A stretch of 64,000 bases of DNA from an uncultured Acidobacteriota bacterium (GCA_963827655.1 CAWHCF010000042.1:32001-96000); one strand, 5' to 3'. Shown: positions 1-11,237, counted from the first letter of the stretch. Notes: a model not told the origin generated them from the letters alone. Made by a program: numbers and translations.

Positions 1-1653
1 CCGGATGGTGAATGGATTGCCTACATCTCCAATCGCGGCGGCCTGCCGCAGTTGTGGCTGCTGGAAACTTATGGCGGAGCCCAGAAGCGAATCGACATCA
101 AGGCGCGTCGCTGGAAACGGCCGATGGGCCGGATCCAGGTGCGGGTGGAGGACGAACGCACCGGCAAGCCGACCGCTGCACGAATCTACGGGGTGGGCTC
201 CGACGGAAAGTTTTACGCTCCGGCAGACGCCTACTCGAGAATAGCCGCTCCTCGAATGATTCGCCGTGTGGGGGAGCATGTGTTCCATACCGGCGGAGAA
301 TTCACCGCGGAAGTTCCGACGGGCAGGATGACGATCGAAGCCGTGAAGGGCTTCGAATACTGGCCCGCCGCTCAGGACATCGAGGTGAAGGAGGGTGAGG
401 TTTCGACCGCAGTCCTCCGGTTGAAGCCGATGATCGATATGGGCGGTAAGGGCTGGTATAGCGGCTCAACCCACGCTCACATGAACTATGGAGGAAACCT
501 GCGCAATACCCTGGAGAACATGATGATGATGGCGCGGGCCGAAGACCTCGACATCGTCAACGTGCTGGTCGCTAACAAGGACAATCGGATCCTGGATCGG
601 GAACACTTTGTTCCCGGCGGCGGAGCGCATCCGGTTTCAAAGAATGATCGTGATCTGGTCGTAATCGTGGGCGAAGAGTACCGCCCTCTTTTCTGGGGCC
701 ACACCTTCTTTATCGGGTTGCGCACTCACCTGATCTCACCCTTCACGACCGGCTACGAGGGGACCGCCCTTGAAAGCCTGTATCCCAGCAACACCGACAT
801 GTTTCGAAAAGCCAGGGCTCAGGGGGCTGTGACAGGATACGTTCATGCCTTCGGTGGCGAGGGCGACCCGCTCGAAGGCAGTCTGGGAGGGGCGAAGGGC
901 TTTCCGGTCGATGCGGCGCTTGGCACTATTGACGCGGTGGAATGGTCGTCATCCTCTCGTGCGACACTTCGGGTATGGCACCACGCCCTGAACAATGACC
1001 TCCGTATCGCTCCTGTCGGTGGAGAGGACGCAAACACCAGTCTGCACCGACATACACTGATAGGAAGTGTTCGGACCTACGCTTATCTCGGATCGAACTT
1101 CACGGCTTCGGAGTGGCTCGATTCAATCAGAGCCGGACGCACGTTCTTCACCAATGGTCCCCTGCTCGAGTTTCGCATCAATCAAAGCACCCCGGGAGAA
1201 ACCTTGCAGCTGCCGCCAGGAGGCGGAACAGTGAGGCTGGAAGCGAAGGTCTGGTCCACCGTTCCTTTGACGAAGATTCTGATTTACCATAACGGCAAGG
1301 TCTGGAAAGAGCTCCCTCCAAACAGCGATCGCACCAGTGCGAATTTCCAGCAGGAAGCAGTTGTTTCTGAAAGCGGCTGGTATGTCCTCGCCGCCGAGGG
1401 AAGCCCGGCGAACTCTCGCGCCGATCCTTCCTACCCGCAGGCCGTAACCAACGCGATCCGGGTTCAGGTCGGCGACCAGAAGATCCGCAGCCGGGCATCG
1501 GCAGAATACTTCATGCGCTGGATCGACAAGCTGCGCGGGATGGCAAAAGCATGGGTTGGCTGGAGGTCCGAGGCGGAAACAAGTCACGTTCTAGGCCAGC
1601 TGGACGAAGCCAGAGGCATTTACGAGCGGCTCGCGCGGGAGGCGGAACGTTAG
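1..1653 (+). CDS. CehA/McbA-like PHP-fold metallohydrolase with N-terminal TolB/PD40 repeats (5' truncated by window edge)
   Basis: Frame open from base 1 (PDGEWIAYISNRGG, PD40-like); GSTHAH, GEEYR, YVH and GGED metal-binding motifs; FFTNGPLL. Confidence 0.75.
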   Translation, partial: PDGEWIAYISNRGGLPQLWLLETYGGAQKRIDIKARRWKRPMGRIQVRVEDERTGKPTAARIYGVGSDGKFYAPADAYSRIAAPRMIRRVGEHVFHTGGEFTAEVPTGRMTIEAVKGFEYWPAAQDIEVKEGEVSTAVLRLKPMIDMGGKGWYSGSTHAHMNYGGNLRNTLENMMMMARAEDLDIVNVLVANKDNRILDREHFVPGGGAHPVSKNDRDLVVIVGEEYRPLFWGHTFFIGLRTHLISPFTTGYEGTALESLYPSNTDMFRKARAQGAVTGYVHAFGGEGDPLEGSLGGAKGFPVDAALGTIDAVEWSSSSRATLRVWHHALNNDLRIAPVGGEDANTSLHRHTLIGSVRTYAYLGSNFTASEWLDSIRAGRTFFTNGPLLEFRINQSTPGETLQLPPGGGTVRLEAKVWSTVPLTKILIYHNGKVWKELPPNSDRTSANFQQEAVVSESGWYVLAAEGSPANSRADPSYPQAVTNAIRVQVGDQKIRSRASAEYFMRWIDKLRGMAKAWVGWRSEAETSHVLGQLDEARGIYERLAREAER

Positions 1654-1658
1654 CCGAC

Positions 1659-1704
1659 AACAAATACCACTAAGACGCGAAGACACAAAGAAACACCAAG
1701 AATC
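1659..1704 (+). repeat. Octamer-built intergenic repeat, right arm (family R1)
   Basis: aacaaataccac-taagacgcgaag-acacaaag-aaacaccaag-aatc matches the arm at 52376-52420. Confidence 0.8.
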
Positions 1705-1772
1705 AACAGTAAGCCTTCGGATATGCAAGCCGCCGATTTTCCTTCTATGCTGCCGCGCCATGAGGTCACCTT

Positions 1773-3190
1773 ATGCCAGGTAACAATCTTTCTTCTTCGT
1801 TGGGATGGTTCGAAAGGCTCGGGCTGGTGCTCGTCTGCCTGACCAGCCTGGAGGGACTTGTGTCAGGACAGGTGAAAGGAACGGCCACCTATCGCGAGCG
1901 CATGGCGATGCCGGCCAACGCGGTTTTCGAAGCTACTCTGGAAGATGTCTCAAAGGCGGATGCCAAGGCCGAAGTAATTGGACAGGCGCGCATCGAACAG
2001 CCCGGCAATCCGCCGATTCGGTTCGAAATCACGTACGACCCTTCACGTATTAGTTTCGAGCCACCGTTACGCCGTCAGGGCTCGGATCCTGGTTGGCGGC
2101 AAGCCGTTCTTCGCCACCGATCAGCATTACGCGGTGCTCACCGGTGGGAAGGGTAACGAAGTGGAGTTGCTGTTGCGCCGCGTAGGCTCCGCGGGAGGTT
2201 CGGGGTCGGGTGCTGGAGCTTTGGGGACCTTGCCTGCGACCTTCGCCGGCGATCTGCCCTGTGCCGATTGCCAGGGCATTCGACATCAGCTGGAGCTGTT
2301 TTCCGACCAGGCTTTCTTTCTGCGGATGACTTACCTGGGCAAGGGCGACAAGGCCGTCTTCGATGATATCGGCAGTTGGATCATTGCGAGCGATTCGCGC
2401 ACGCTGGTGCTCCACGGGGGCCGGGAGGCGCCGCTGAAGTTTGCCATCAAGGATGCCGGTACGCTTCGCAAGCTCGACCTCGAGGGGCGCGAGATTCCTT
2501 CGTCGCTGAATCACGATTTGAAAAGGACCCGGGACCTGCCACCACTGGAGCCGCGGCTGGCAATGCGCGGGATGTACAAATACTTCGCCGATAGCGGACG
2601 GTTTACCGAGTGTCTGACTCGCAAGAACCTGCCCGTGGCTATGGAGCAGGACAACGCCGCGCTGGAATCCGCCTACTCCAAGGCGCGGCGTCAGCCCGGC
2701 GAAGAGTTGCTGGTGAACCTGGAAGGGCGCGTGGCGCTTCGGCCCAAGATGGAAGGCCAGGGGCAGCAGCTCACTCTCGTGGTCGAGCGGTTCATTGGAG
2801 TCTGGCCCGGAGAAACTTGCGGGGCGCGATTTGCCACGGAGCCGCTGGAAAACACCTACTGGAAGCTGACTCGCCTGGGCGACACGTCAGTGACTGTGGC
2901 TCCGCAGCAGCGGGAACCGCATTTCATCCTCAATGCCCGAGACGCGGCGGGTCGGTGGATCGGGCGGCTGTAACCGGCTGATGGGCGGTTACGAGCTGAA
3001 TGGCGACGCGCTGACCTTCGGCCAGATGGCCGCTACGAGGATGGCCTGTCCGCAAGGGATGGACACCGAGAAGGCATTCCTGGACGCGCTGGGACAGGTC
3101 AAGAAATGGAAGATCGCAGGACAGCACCTCGAGTTATTTGACGCCGCCGGCAAGCTGGTGGCCCGTCTTGAAGCGCGTCACATGAAGTAA
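1773..3190 (+). CDS. Secreted YbaY + NlpE/CutF-like + META (HslJ) multidomain protein; two +1 frameshifts (~2050, ~2935)
   Basis: YRERMAMPANAVFEATLEDVSKAD (YbaY); GDLPCADCQGI (NlpE N-term); LENTYWKL...GGSGGCNR..G.Y...ATRMAC (META); ORFs 1773, 1978 and 2933 join by single-base removals. Confidence 0.8.
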
Positions 3191-3314
3191 CCAGATTACG
3201 GTAACAACCGAACCGACAACACGAATCTCGCCCGGCTTTGGCCACCAGTTCGGGGTTCTCGCCGTAAATCAGGTGCACGGCTCCATGCCGGGCCCCGTAG
3301 TACTAACCTGCGTC

Positions 3315-3345
3315 TTGACTGTCCGAGGGACTACCATATATGGTA
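3315..3345 (+). promoter_or_regulatory. Putative promoter/operator of TA module 1
   Basis: TTGACT at 3315-3320 and perfect 14-bp palindrome TACCATATATGGTA at 3332-3345 just before ATG 3351. Confidence 0.55.
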
Positions 3346-3350
3346 ACCAC

Positions 3351-3591
3351 ATGAGACTCCTTCTAAAAACAACTCTCTATCTGCCCGAAGCCGACTATAG
3401 AAGGCTCAAGCTTCTGGCCCGTGCCAAGAAACGGTCGACGGCGGAGTTGCTGCGCGAGGCGATCGCCGAGTATGCAAACCGGCACGCCCCGCCGAGACTC
3501 CCGCGCAGCCTCGGCGCCGGCCGAAGCGGACGCGGGGACCTCAGCGAACGCGCCGAACAACTCCTGCACGGAATGGGGCGGCAGCCGGTGA
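3351..3591 (+). CDS. CopG/RHH-type antitoxin (VapB-like)
   Basis: KTTLYLPEADYRRLK...RSTAELLREAI..Y; SLGAGRSGRGDLSERAEQLL; GTGA overlap at 3588-3591 (needs one-base correction to be the stop). Confidence 0.7.
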
Positions 3592-4001
3592 TTGTCGCCG
3601 ACACCGGAGCGATTCTTGCCCTCATCGACGCAGACGACCATCACCACCACGCGTTGAGAGCGCTCTTCGAGGAGCAACCCGAGACTTGGATCCTGCCGTG
3701 GGCGGTGCTTCCAGAGGTCGATTATCTCCTCGCGACCCAGCTGGGACCGAAGGCAGAGCGACTCTTTGTTGCGGACCTGGCCGCTGGAACCTACAGGATC
3801 GAGTGGGGACACGACAGAGACTTCGAGCGGGCCCACGAGATCTCGACGCGCTATCGTGCTTTGAAGTTGGGGCTGGTCGACGCGAGCGTCATCGCAGTTG
3901 CGGAACGCCTCGGCGCCGGCGCTATTGCGACCCTCGACCTGCGGCACTTCGGTTCGGTTGCCATCAAGGGTCAGCCGAAACTCCTTCCCAGGGACCTTTA
4001 A
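3588..4001 (+). CDS. vapC: PIN-domain toxin (VapC-like)
   Basis: IVADTG...LPEVDYLL...LGLVDASVIAVAERL...IATLDLRHF; conserved PIN acidic residues. Confidence 0.85.
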   Translation: MIVADTGAILALIDADDHHHHALRALFEEQPETWILPWAVLPEVDYLLATQLGPKAERLFVADLAAGTYRIEWGHDRDFERAHEISTRYRALKLGLVDASVIAVAERLGAGAIATLDLRHFGSVAIKGQPKLLPRDL

Positions 4002-4128
4002 GGGCTGCGCAGAAAATAACTTCACATTCTGGCGCGAGAATCCGGGCATTTGAACCAAGTTTTCTGTTAGCTGCGCAGCCTGACAGCCTCGGGATCGCGT
4101 CTCTTCGAACTTATTTCTGCGCGATCCC
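4002..4128. mobile_element. MITE-like element E1, copy 1
   Basis: Terminal inverted repeats gggctgcgcagaaaataacttc / gaacttatttctgcgcgatccc; starts right after the vapC TAA stop; ends shared with 32937-33087. Confidence 0.7.
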
Positions 4129-4187
4129 AAGGTCGCTGGTGTCTTCGCATCTTCGTGGACCAAGGTTGGAAGTCACGAAGACGGGGC

Positions 4188-5561
4188 TCAAATCGATTTC
4201 AGATACTCTATCAGGTCGTTCTTCTGGTCATTGGTCAATCGCAGCCGGAAGAAATTGTCGTAGTGCTCGACGACGTCGCGCAGGGTCGCAAAGCGGCCAT
4301 CGTGATAAAACCCACCCTTCGTGTGAGCCCACAGGCCTTTCAGCGGCGCCGTGCGGTAGCGTTCGTCCGGCGATCTCTTGGCTTGAAAATCGTCGATCCC
4401 GATCTCCGCTGCCGTGTGCATGTTCCAGCCAGGTTCGGTAAACAGCGGCGGCACGTGACAGGTTGCGCAGCGCGCGGCGCCCGTGAACACTGCTTCGCCG
4501 CGGGTGGCCGCGCGCCGGTCAAAACTCCCATCCGGTGGTTTAGGCGCAGGGATGGCGAGCTGATACAGATGCAAGGCCGCGAGTTTCGCCGTGATCAGAT
4601 CCGGGTTACCCCTGACATTGCCGAAACCGTTGCGCGCGGCAATCGGGAATTTCGCCCGATCGTTAAGTCGTGGATCATAAAAAGTCCCTTTGCCATGCAT
4701 CTCGAGATTGGAAACGAAGGCATTCCAGTGAGTGACACTGCCCCATCCCGTCCAGGTATGAAGGTTCACACCGGCCAGGCCGAAAGCGGGAGGAAGCAGC
4801 GTGGCCGCCGACTTGCCGCCCGGGCCAAACGCCTTTCCGTCGAGAACCAGCTCGGCATCGAATTTTCCCGGACCCCAGCTGTTGAGCACCGTTCGAATCG
4901 CTGGTTCAGGAATCCCAAGCACGTCCTCGAAAGGCTTCAGCGTGGGAGACAGAGCCACGATCGCGCCTATGTTCAGATCACGGTTAGGCCAACCATCCAG
5001 CCGGCGGCCTATGCTCGGAGCAAAGGAGTCATCCACGGTCGAGTGACACAGCGCGCATTGAATACCGAGCGAGTTGATTCTTCCCCCCCGAGAATTGCCC
5101 TCGACGCCGTCGAAGAAACCGGTGAGACCCACGACCGCGTTGAGGCGAAGAAGATCGAGGGTGACAGCAGGGTCTTCGAGATTGACCATGCCTCTCCTCA
5201 GAGCTTGAACGAGACTGGCGGGCAACACCGCCGCGTCGACCTTCAGCCCGACGGCCAGCGCCATCCTCGGGCTGACACCTTCCGCGATTCCGCCGTTGGC
5301 GGTTCCCGCCAGGGCTTGATGCAGTCGAAGCATGCCGCCCCAGAAATCTTCACTGCCGAAAGTGTCGAAGCGAAAAATCTGCCTCCCGTCGTTGAACGAC
5401 TTTGATGCGTAATCGATTATCTCCCCGTCGAAACCGGACCGGGGAGGCTCACCCTGAGAGAATGCGACAAACATTCCCGGAGGTTGAGGCGACCACAGAA
5501 AAGCGATAAGGCAGATCGCCATCGCTTTCGCCCAGAACAAGACTCTTCCTTTCGTGATCAT
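4188..5561 (-). CDS. Secreted di-heme c-type cytochrome (peroxidase/RoxA-like superfamily)
   Basis: Two CxxCH motifs (CALCH, CATCH); YRTAPLKGLW...FYHDGRFATLRDVVEHY; signal peptide; GGGGGAG RBS before ATG 5561. Confidence 0.75.
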   Translation of the reverse strand: MITKGRVLFWAKAMAICLIAFLWSPQPPGMFVAFSQGEPPRSGFDGEIIDYASKSFNDGRQIFRFDTFGSEDFWGGMLRLHQALAGTANGGIAEGVSPRMALAVGLKVDAAVLPASLVQALRRGMVNLEDPAVTLDLLRLNAVVGLTGFFDGVEGNSRGGRINSLGIQCALCHSTVDDSFAPSIGRRLDGWPNRDLNIGAIVALSPTLKPFEDVLGIPEPAIRTVLNSWGPGKFDAELVLDGKAFGPGGKSAATLLPPAFGLAGVNLHTWTGWGSVTHWNAFVSNLEMHGKGTFYDPRLNDRAKFPIAARNGFGNVRGNPDLITAKLAALHLYQLAIPAPKPPDGSFDRRAATRGEAVFTGAARCATCHVPPLFTEPGWNMHTAAEIGIDDFQAKRSPDERYRTAPLKGLWAHTKGGFYHDGRFATLRDVVEHYDNFFRLRLTNDQKNDLIEYLKSI

Positions 5562-5972
5562 AGACACGGCTCCCCCTTGAATCGTGATTAAAGAGTCCGG
5601 CGGAGATACGATCCTCCAGGGCGGAAGGTGCTGACTTCCCCGCCGGGCTCTCTCAACGGCTTCCCTTTTATGCATCAAGCAATTCTTCTTCCGGAGAGCC
5701 GGCGGGTATTCACCTTCCGCGAGGTGGTGACGCATTTCGCCGGTTTAATAGCGGTTTAGTAGTGCTGCTTGACTCGCCCGTTGAGCGGCTTCGACGAAGT
5801 CTGGCTGGATGCTGAAGCGGGGGAAAAAATCCCCGGAGAATGAAGAGATTCATAGCCTCTCTTCGCTTCCTCGCGCTGCGATCTGGTTCGATGCTTTCAA
5901 TCGAGGCTTGATCTTGAGCTGAAAACGAAAGATCATCGCGCGATCATTATTGAGCTTGGTAGAGAGGAGAGT

Positions 5973-6432
5973 ATGAAGATACGTCGAACAATAGCAGTGG
6001 GACTGGCAATGACTGGAGGTCTAATGGCAAGCGGAGCCCTATCGCAACAACCGGCCAAGAAGTTCTTGAACCTCGAGGGTTCAAAGCCGCCAGGCTATAC
6101 CCACGTCGTGACCTCGCGCCCGGGACGCATGATTTTCATCTCCGGTCAGGGAGGATCCGCACGCGACGGCAAGATGCCCTCGGATTTTTCGTCGCAGACG
6201 AAGAACACGTTTGAGAACATCGGACGTTGTCTTAGCCCTGGCAGGCGCGAAATTCGGCGACATTGTAAAGATCAACTACTTCGTCACGGATCTGTCGAAC
6301 ACAACCGAACTTCGACGCATTCGCGCCCAGTACCTGAATATGGACGCTCCCCCGGCCTCCACGTTGGTGCAGGCGGGGCTGGGTACTGGAATGCTGCTGG
6401 AAGTCGAAGCCGTTGCGATCGTGCCGGAGTGA
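5973..6432 (+). CDS. RidA/YjgF family protein with signal peptide; +1 frameshift ~6232
   Basis: GYTHVV...IFISGQG...QTKNTFENI; DIVKINYFV...PPASTLV...LLEVEAVA. Confidence 0.8.
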
Positions 6433-6474
6433 ATAGAATCAACCACCAACAAAGAGACGCCACCACATCGAACC

Positions 6475-7732
6475 ATGAGAGCCTCTGTCTATTTTCCTGA
6501 TCATCTTTTCCGCCGCGGCCGCCGAACACCGCGGCACAGATTCCCACTGGTCCCGCTTCCGAGGTCCCAACGGCACCGGAATTTCGAACGACAAGCATGT
6601 GCCGGTTCAGTGGACGGACACGAAGGGAATTCTCTGGAAGACAGCTATTGCCGGGCTGGGAAACTCTTCCCCTGTGGTTTGGGGCAACCGGCTCTTTCTG
6701 CAGTCGGCCACTGAGGATGGCAAGGAGCGCCTGCTCTTGTGCGTGGATACAGCCAGCGGCAAGATCTTGTGGTCGCGAACGGTTCCCGGCTCGGCGGCGA
6801 CGATCAACCCCAGAAATACTCTCGCTTCATCGACTCCAGCGACCGATGGGACGCGCGTCTACGCCCTGTTCTGGGATGGCAGCGGCCTGTTGCTTCACTC
6901 CTACGATTTCAGCGGGAAGCTGGTGTGGAAGCGCGAAGTTGGAGCCTATGCCAGCCAGCACGGCGCCGGCGCTTCGCCGATTGTGTACCAGAACAAGGTC
7001 ATCATCTTAAACGATCAGGATGACTCGTCGCGCTTGATGGCCTTCGATACGGCGACCGGCCAGCTTGCCTGGGAAGTTCCCCGCCCGCGTTCCGTCAACG
7101 GCACCTGTTATTCCACGCCGTTCCTGCTGGAAGAAGCCGGCAAGCCGGCGGAAATGGTTGTAGCCAGCACCCCGGGACTCAGTGCCTATGAACCGGAGAC
7201 CGGACAAGAGTGCTGGAGCTGGACCTGGCCGTTTCCCGGCAAGCCTCTCCGCACAGTCGCCTCCGCGGTATACGGCGGCGGATTTATCTTCGCCGCGAGC
7301 GGCGACGGCGGTGGCGATCGACACATGATTGCCGTGCAACGAACGGGCAGCGGCACCACCGCGAAAGTCAGCCTGGCATGGGAAAGCAATCGACTGCCTT
7401 ACGTTCCCACGATGCTCACCTGGGGCGAACATCTCTACTGGGTCAACGACAGGGGTGTCGCGGGCTGCAACGTCGCCCGAACCGGCGAGACTGTCTGGAC
7501 GGAGCGGCTAGGCGGCAATGTCACCGCATCGCCCGTCCTGATCGACGGCAAGATCTATGCGGCCAATGAAGAGGGCGACGTCCATGTCTTTCTGGCTGAG
7601 CCAAAATTCAAGCTGTTGGCCACGAATCCGATCGGCGAACTTGTGAGATCGACTCCAGCCGTGGCCGACAATCGCCTGTTCATCCGTGGGCAGAAACACC
7701 TGATCTGCATCGGAGCGACCGCGGGCAAGTGA
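6475..7732 (+). CDS. PQQ-binding-like (BamB-like) beta-propeller protein; +1 frameshift ~6483
   Basis: WSRFRGPNGTG; repeated SSPVVW/STPAT/ASPIV blades. Confidence 0.8.
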
Positions 7733-7789
7733 GGGATCAACCGCCAGGACGGAGAAGCGCAAAGACCGGCTGCAACAGCCCAAAAGCGC

Positions 7790-7817
7790 TTGACACACCC
7801 AACGCGGGGTAGATAAT
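7790..7817 (+). promoter_or_regulatory. Putative sigma70 promoter
   Basis: TTGACA-16 nt-GATAAT upstream of the FAH gene. Confidence 0.4.
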
Positions 7818-7977
7818 CGGGCCATCGACTGTCCGGTACTGTTTCTCGCTGGAATTGAGGCATCGTGAGGCTCTTCTACGGTGCGGCGTCCAAACCGAAT
7901 CGACACCACTGAGAGCGCGAGGCACGCGACATCCAGTTCGCCCTGAGGTTAATCTTCTGATTACGAGGAACAGTCCT

Positions 7978-8829
7978 ATGAAAACAACGAGGAGAGAGAT
8001 GTTGACTACCATGATGGCGGGACCCGCGCTTTTGTCAACGTTGGCGCAGGATTCCGTCACAAAGTTCGTGCGATTTAGAAAGGGGAATTCCACGGCCTAT
8101 GGAGTTCTGGCCGGCGAGACCATTCGTGAGATCCAAGGCAACATCTTTGGCGCTTTCAAAGAGACCAGCACCCAGCACAAGCTCGCCGACGTGAAGCTTC
8201 TTCACGCCTGCGAGCCGCCCAAGGTTCTGGCCGTCGGGCTCAATTACAAGAGCCACCTGGGCGAGCGCAAACCACCGGCCAACCCCGAGATCTTCTACAA
8301 GCCCATCTCGTCGCTTCAGAATCCCGAGGATCCGATCGTGATTCCGAAAGGAGCCGCAAACGTCCACTACGAAGGCGAACTGGTGGTTGTGATCGGAAAG
8401 CGAGCGAATAGAGTTTCGGTATCCGAGGCCCGCAACGTGATTTTCGGTGTCTCATGCGGCAACGACGTTTCGGAACGCGACTGGCAGGGAGGGGCGCAGA
8501 AGGATCTCCAATGGTGGCGGGCAAAGGGCGCCGACACGTTTGCGCCCCTGGGGCCGGTGATCGTGCGCGGCGTTGACTACGGCAATCTGCTGCTCCAGAC
8601 GCGATTGAACGGCAAGGTCGTGCAGAAGCAGAGCACGTCCGACTTGCTGTTTGACTGTCCCACAATTGTCAGCTTTGTCAGCCAGTTTGTCACCCTCGTG
8701 CCGGGAGATGTGATCTACACCGGCACGCCCGGCAGCACCAGCAAGATGAACCCGGGGGATGTTGTGGAGGTGGAGATCGAGAACATCGGAATCCTTCGCA
8801 ACAAGATCGTTGCCGCCCCGTTGACCTGA
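7978..8829 (+). CDS. Fumarylacetoacetate hydrolase family protein, possible Tat signal
   Basis: KVLAVGLNY, HYEGEL, NDVSERD, RAKGADTF, GDVIYTGTP; N-term TTRREML. Confidence 0.88.
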   Translation: MKTTRREMLTTMMAGPALLSTLAQDSVTKFVRFRKGNSTAYGVLAGETIREIQGNIFGAFKETSTQHKLADVKLLHACEPPKVLAVGLNYKSHLGERKPPANPEIFYKPISSLQNPEDPIVIPKGAANVHYEGELVVVIGKRANRVSVSEARNVIFGVSCGNDVSERDWQGGAQKDLQWWRAKGADTFAPLGPVIVRGVDYGNLLLQTRLNGKVVQKQSTSDLLFDCPTIVSFVSQFVTLVPGDVIYTGTPGSTSKMNPGDVVEVEIENIGILRNKIVAAPLT

Positions 8830-8854
8830 TGATCGAAGGGATCGCTTTCACGCG

Positions 8855-8914
8855 AATACCACTAAGACTCAAAGACACGAAGAATCTTAGTGTCTTCGTG
8901 GTTAGAGCTGTCTA
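8855..8914. repeat. Family R1 repeat (right arm, then left arm and core) abutting ATG 8915
   Basis: aataccactaagactcaaagacacgaagaatc-ttagtgtcttcgtg-gttagagctgtcta. Confidence 0.8.
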
Positions 8915-9433
8915 ATGGACCAGGAAGAGTTCAGGATTCTGGAAGCGCTGGATCTCGCAGTGAGATCCGAGGCGATCAGACCCAAAATCCAGGCGATCGT
9001 TGCGCGCGTCGAGCAGAAACTCCGAGAAAGCCTCGATGACGTGATGGCCTGGGAGCCGATCCCCCTCGACTTCTACACGGCTCCTCTCCCAGAGACCATC
9101 CGGTCGAGTTGGGTTTTCATTCTGCGTGCCAATACCACGACTGGGGCCGAGCGGCACCCCAACAGCCACCAGCGCATGGTGTCGTACCGGGGCTCCGGCG
9201 ATTTTCAGACCCGGCCAGCAGGCGATTGGTGTTCGCACCTGCTCACCAGTGACCCGACGGCGCCAATCGCCGAGCGGTGGATCTCGATTCCGCCGTATGT
9301 CTGGCACCAGGGGGTCGTACCCGGAGAGAACTGGGTCGTGGTGTCGTTTCAGACGGCTGCGGAGCACGAGTTGATCGAGGAACGGCCCGTGACGGAAGGC
9401 AAAGATGCCGTGCGCCAAAGAAAGTACGCTTAG
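8915..9433 (+). CDS. Hypothetical cupin-like protein
   Basis: ERHPNSHQ and ISIPPYVWHQ resemble cupin motifs 1 and 2. Confidence 0.55.
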   Translation: MDQEEFRILEALDLAVRSEAIRPKIQAIVARVEQKLRESLDDVMAWEPIPLDFYTAPLPETIRSSWVFILRANTTTGAERHPNSHQRMVSYRGSGDFQTRPAGDWCSHLLTSDPTAPIAERWISIPPYVWHQGVVPGENWVVVSFQTAAEHELIEERPVTEGKDAVRQRKYA

Positions 9434-9745
9434 GAGAGCTAGCAGGCACGCGCACGCGGTCTGGCGCAGGAGAAGGTGGTTGTCGGGGCGCGCTATTCCG
9501 GTGTGCTTAAATCCCTAAAATGTTTGTAATTCAGACTATCAGATCGAACAATTGCGTACTTCCTCAGGCACCGGGAATTGCGCGAGAGAAGTTTTTCCGA
9601 AGCCTCAGCACCTGCGACTGACTGGCACAAATCGTGTACAAAACGCACTCGTAGTATAATGTCTTCTTCTTCAGTCGAGTAAGGACAGCCGATCTTCCTC
9701 TCACTCAGACCGGCAGACAATTTGACGCTCCAGTGAAGCCTTTTT

Positions 9746-11237
9746 ATGGGCCTAATACCGGGCTACGAGAGCGACATCTTCATCAGCTACGCTCACAACG
9801 ACAATCTCCCTGTCCTCGATCTCAGGTGGGTAGACTGGTTTCATGAAAACCTCGAGAACCTGCTGATCGACAAACTCGGAGAAAGGCCCGTCATATGGCG
9901 CGACAGGAGGATCGATCAAACCGACCTCATTGAGGGGCTTCTCGATTCACGCGTCAATTCCTCCGCCTTGATGCTGGCCATCGTTTCGCCGAGCTACCTC
10001 AAATCAAAGTGGTGCGGGTGGGAGCGCGAGAAGTTTGTTGAAAATGCGGAAAGGCGCGGCGGGCTGCGGGTGGCCAACAAGAGTCGCATCGTCAAAGTGG
10101 TCAAGACTTACATTGAGAGCGCCAGCCTTCCCGGAGAGCTTCAAGAGACGCTCGGCGGCGAATTCCTGCGCCACGACCAAGCCGCCGGGAAATACATCCA
10201 GCTTGATTGGCAATCCCCAGAGTACCGGCAAGAGCTGGAAGCACTCGCAGATAGCGTAAAGAGCCTGATTGAAGCCTTCAGGGATCACACGGTGGCAGCC
10301 GTCCCGCTTACAAGAGAGAAGACCGTCTACCTCGCGGAGACCGATTCCGAGTTGGAGACTGAGCGCAACGACATCAAACGCGAGTTTGAACAGAACGGTT
10401 ACCACATATTCCCGAGCGTTGATCTCCCTCTCAGAGTCCACTGCCACCGCCATTGAAGAGAAGGTGCGCGACTACCTCAAGTCCGCCCAGGTCTCCGTGC
10501 ACCTGCTCGGGGCGAACTACGGCTTTGTGCCGAATAAGGGAGCGGGCCGTTCTATCGTCCGCATACAGTACGAGCTCGCGCAGCAGCACGACTCTGGCCC
10601 GGCCTTCAAACAGGTCCTATGGATTCCGAAGGGGCTGGAGGAGAGCCAGGAAAGCGAGCCTGAGCAAAGAGAGTTCATCAGCCAACTGCTGGCCAGTTCA
10701 TCCGCCCTGCGTCGCGCCGAAGTGCTGCGCGGCGACATCGAGGAATTGAAGACTTACGTGCACAACTTGTTCAGGCCGACGCCCAAATCTGTGGTTAACC
10801 TCAAAGGTAATGGCAGCACGGCCAGCGTCTATTTGATCTGCGATAAGAATGATTACGAAGAAACGGGCGCGATCGAAGAGTACCTGACCGAGCAGCACTG
10901 CGAAGTCTTGCCGACACTGCTCGAAGGCGAGGCGGAACAGGTCACACAGTATCACCGCGACAGCCTGCTCGAATGCGACGCCTTTCTCGTCTACTACGGC
11001 CGTGCCAGTTACCCCTGGGCGCTGATGAAAAAACAGGAATTCCTCAAGCTGCCGGGCCTGGGGCGGTCGAAGCCTGTCGTCGCCAAAGCCTTTTACATCA
11101 GCGGCGAGGAGAATCCGCACAAACAGCGCTTCGCCAGCAGCGAGGCTATCGTGATCAAAAATTACGACGTATTCTCACCCGAATCGCTGACTCCGTTCCT
11201 CGAGCAAATCCGCCAAGTTAAGGGACTAACGGCATGA
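9746..11237 (+). CDS. TIR-domain protein followed by two further TIR/DUF4062-like domains; +1 frameshift ~10430
   Basis: DIFISYAH...IWRD...IVSPSYLKSKWCGWE (TIR_2-like); VYLAET...SVHLLGANYG; VYLICD...CDAFLVYYG. Confidence 0.8.

Noticed and set aside
3273-4001. Apparent natural antitoxin-toxin fusion ORF (242 aa)
   Set aside because: A canonical GTGA stop/start overlap sits at 3588-3591 and removal of one base restores two genes, the same +1 error seen across the window
4155-5405. Long antisense or alternate-frame ORFs (also 22624-23844, 29242-30432, 35528-36811, 53692-54948)
   Set aside because: Shadows of well-supported genes in high-GC DNA; no recognisable motifs
7870-7975. TPP-riboswitch-like words (CTGAGA...CCTGA.GGTTAAT) in the FAH leader
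   Set aside because: Could not build the required stems by eye and the downstream gene is not thiamine related; an Infernal RF00059 scan would settle it
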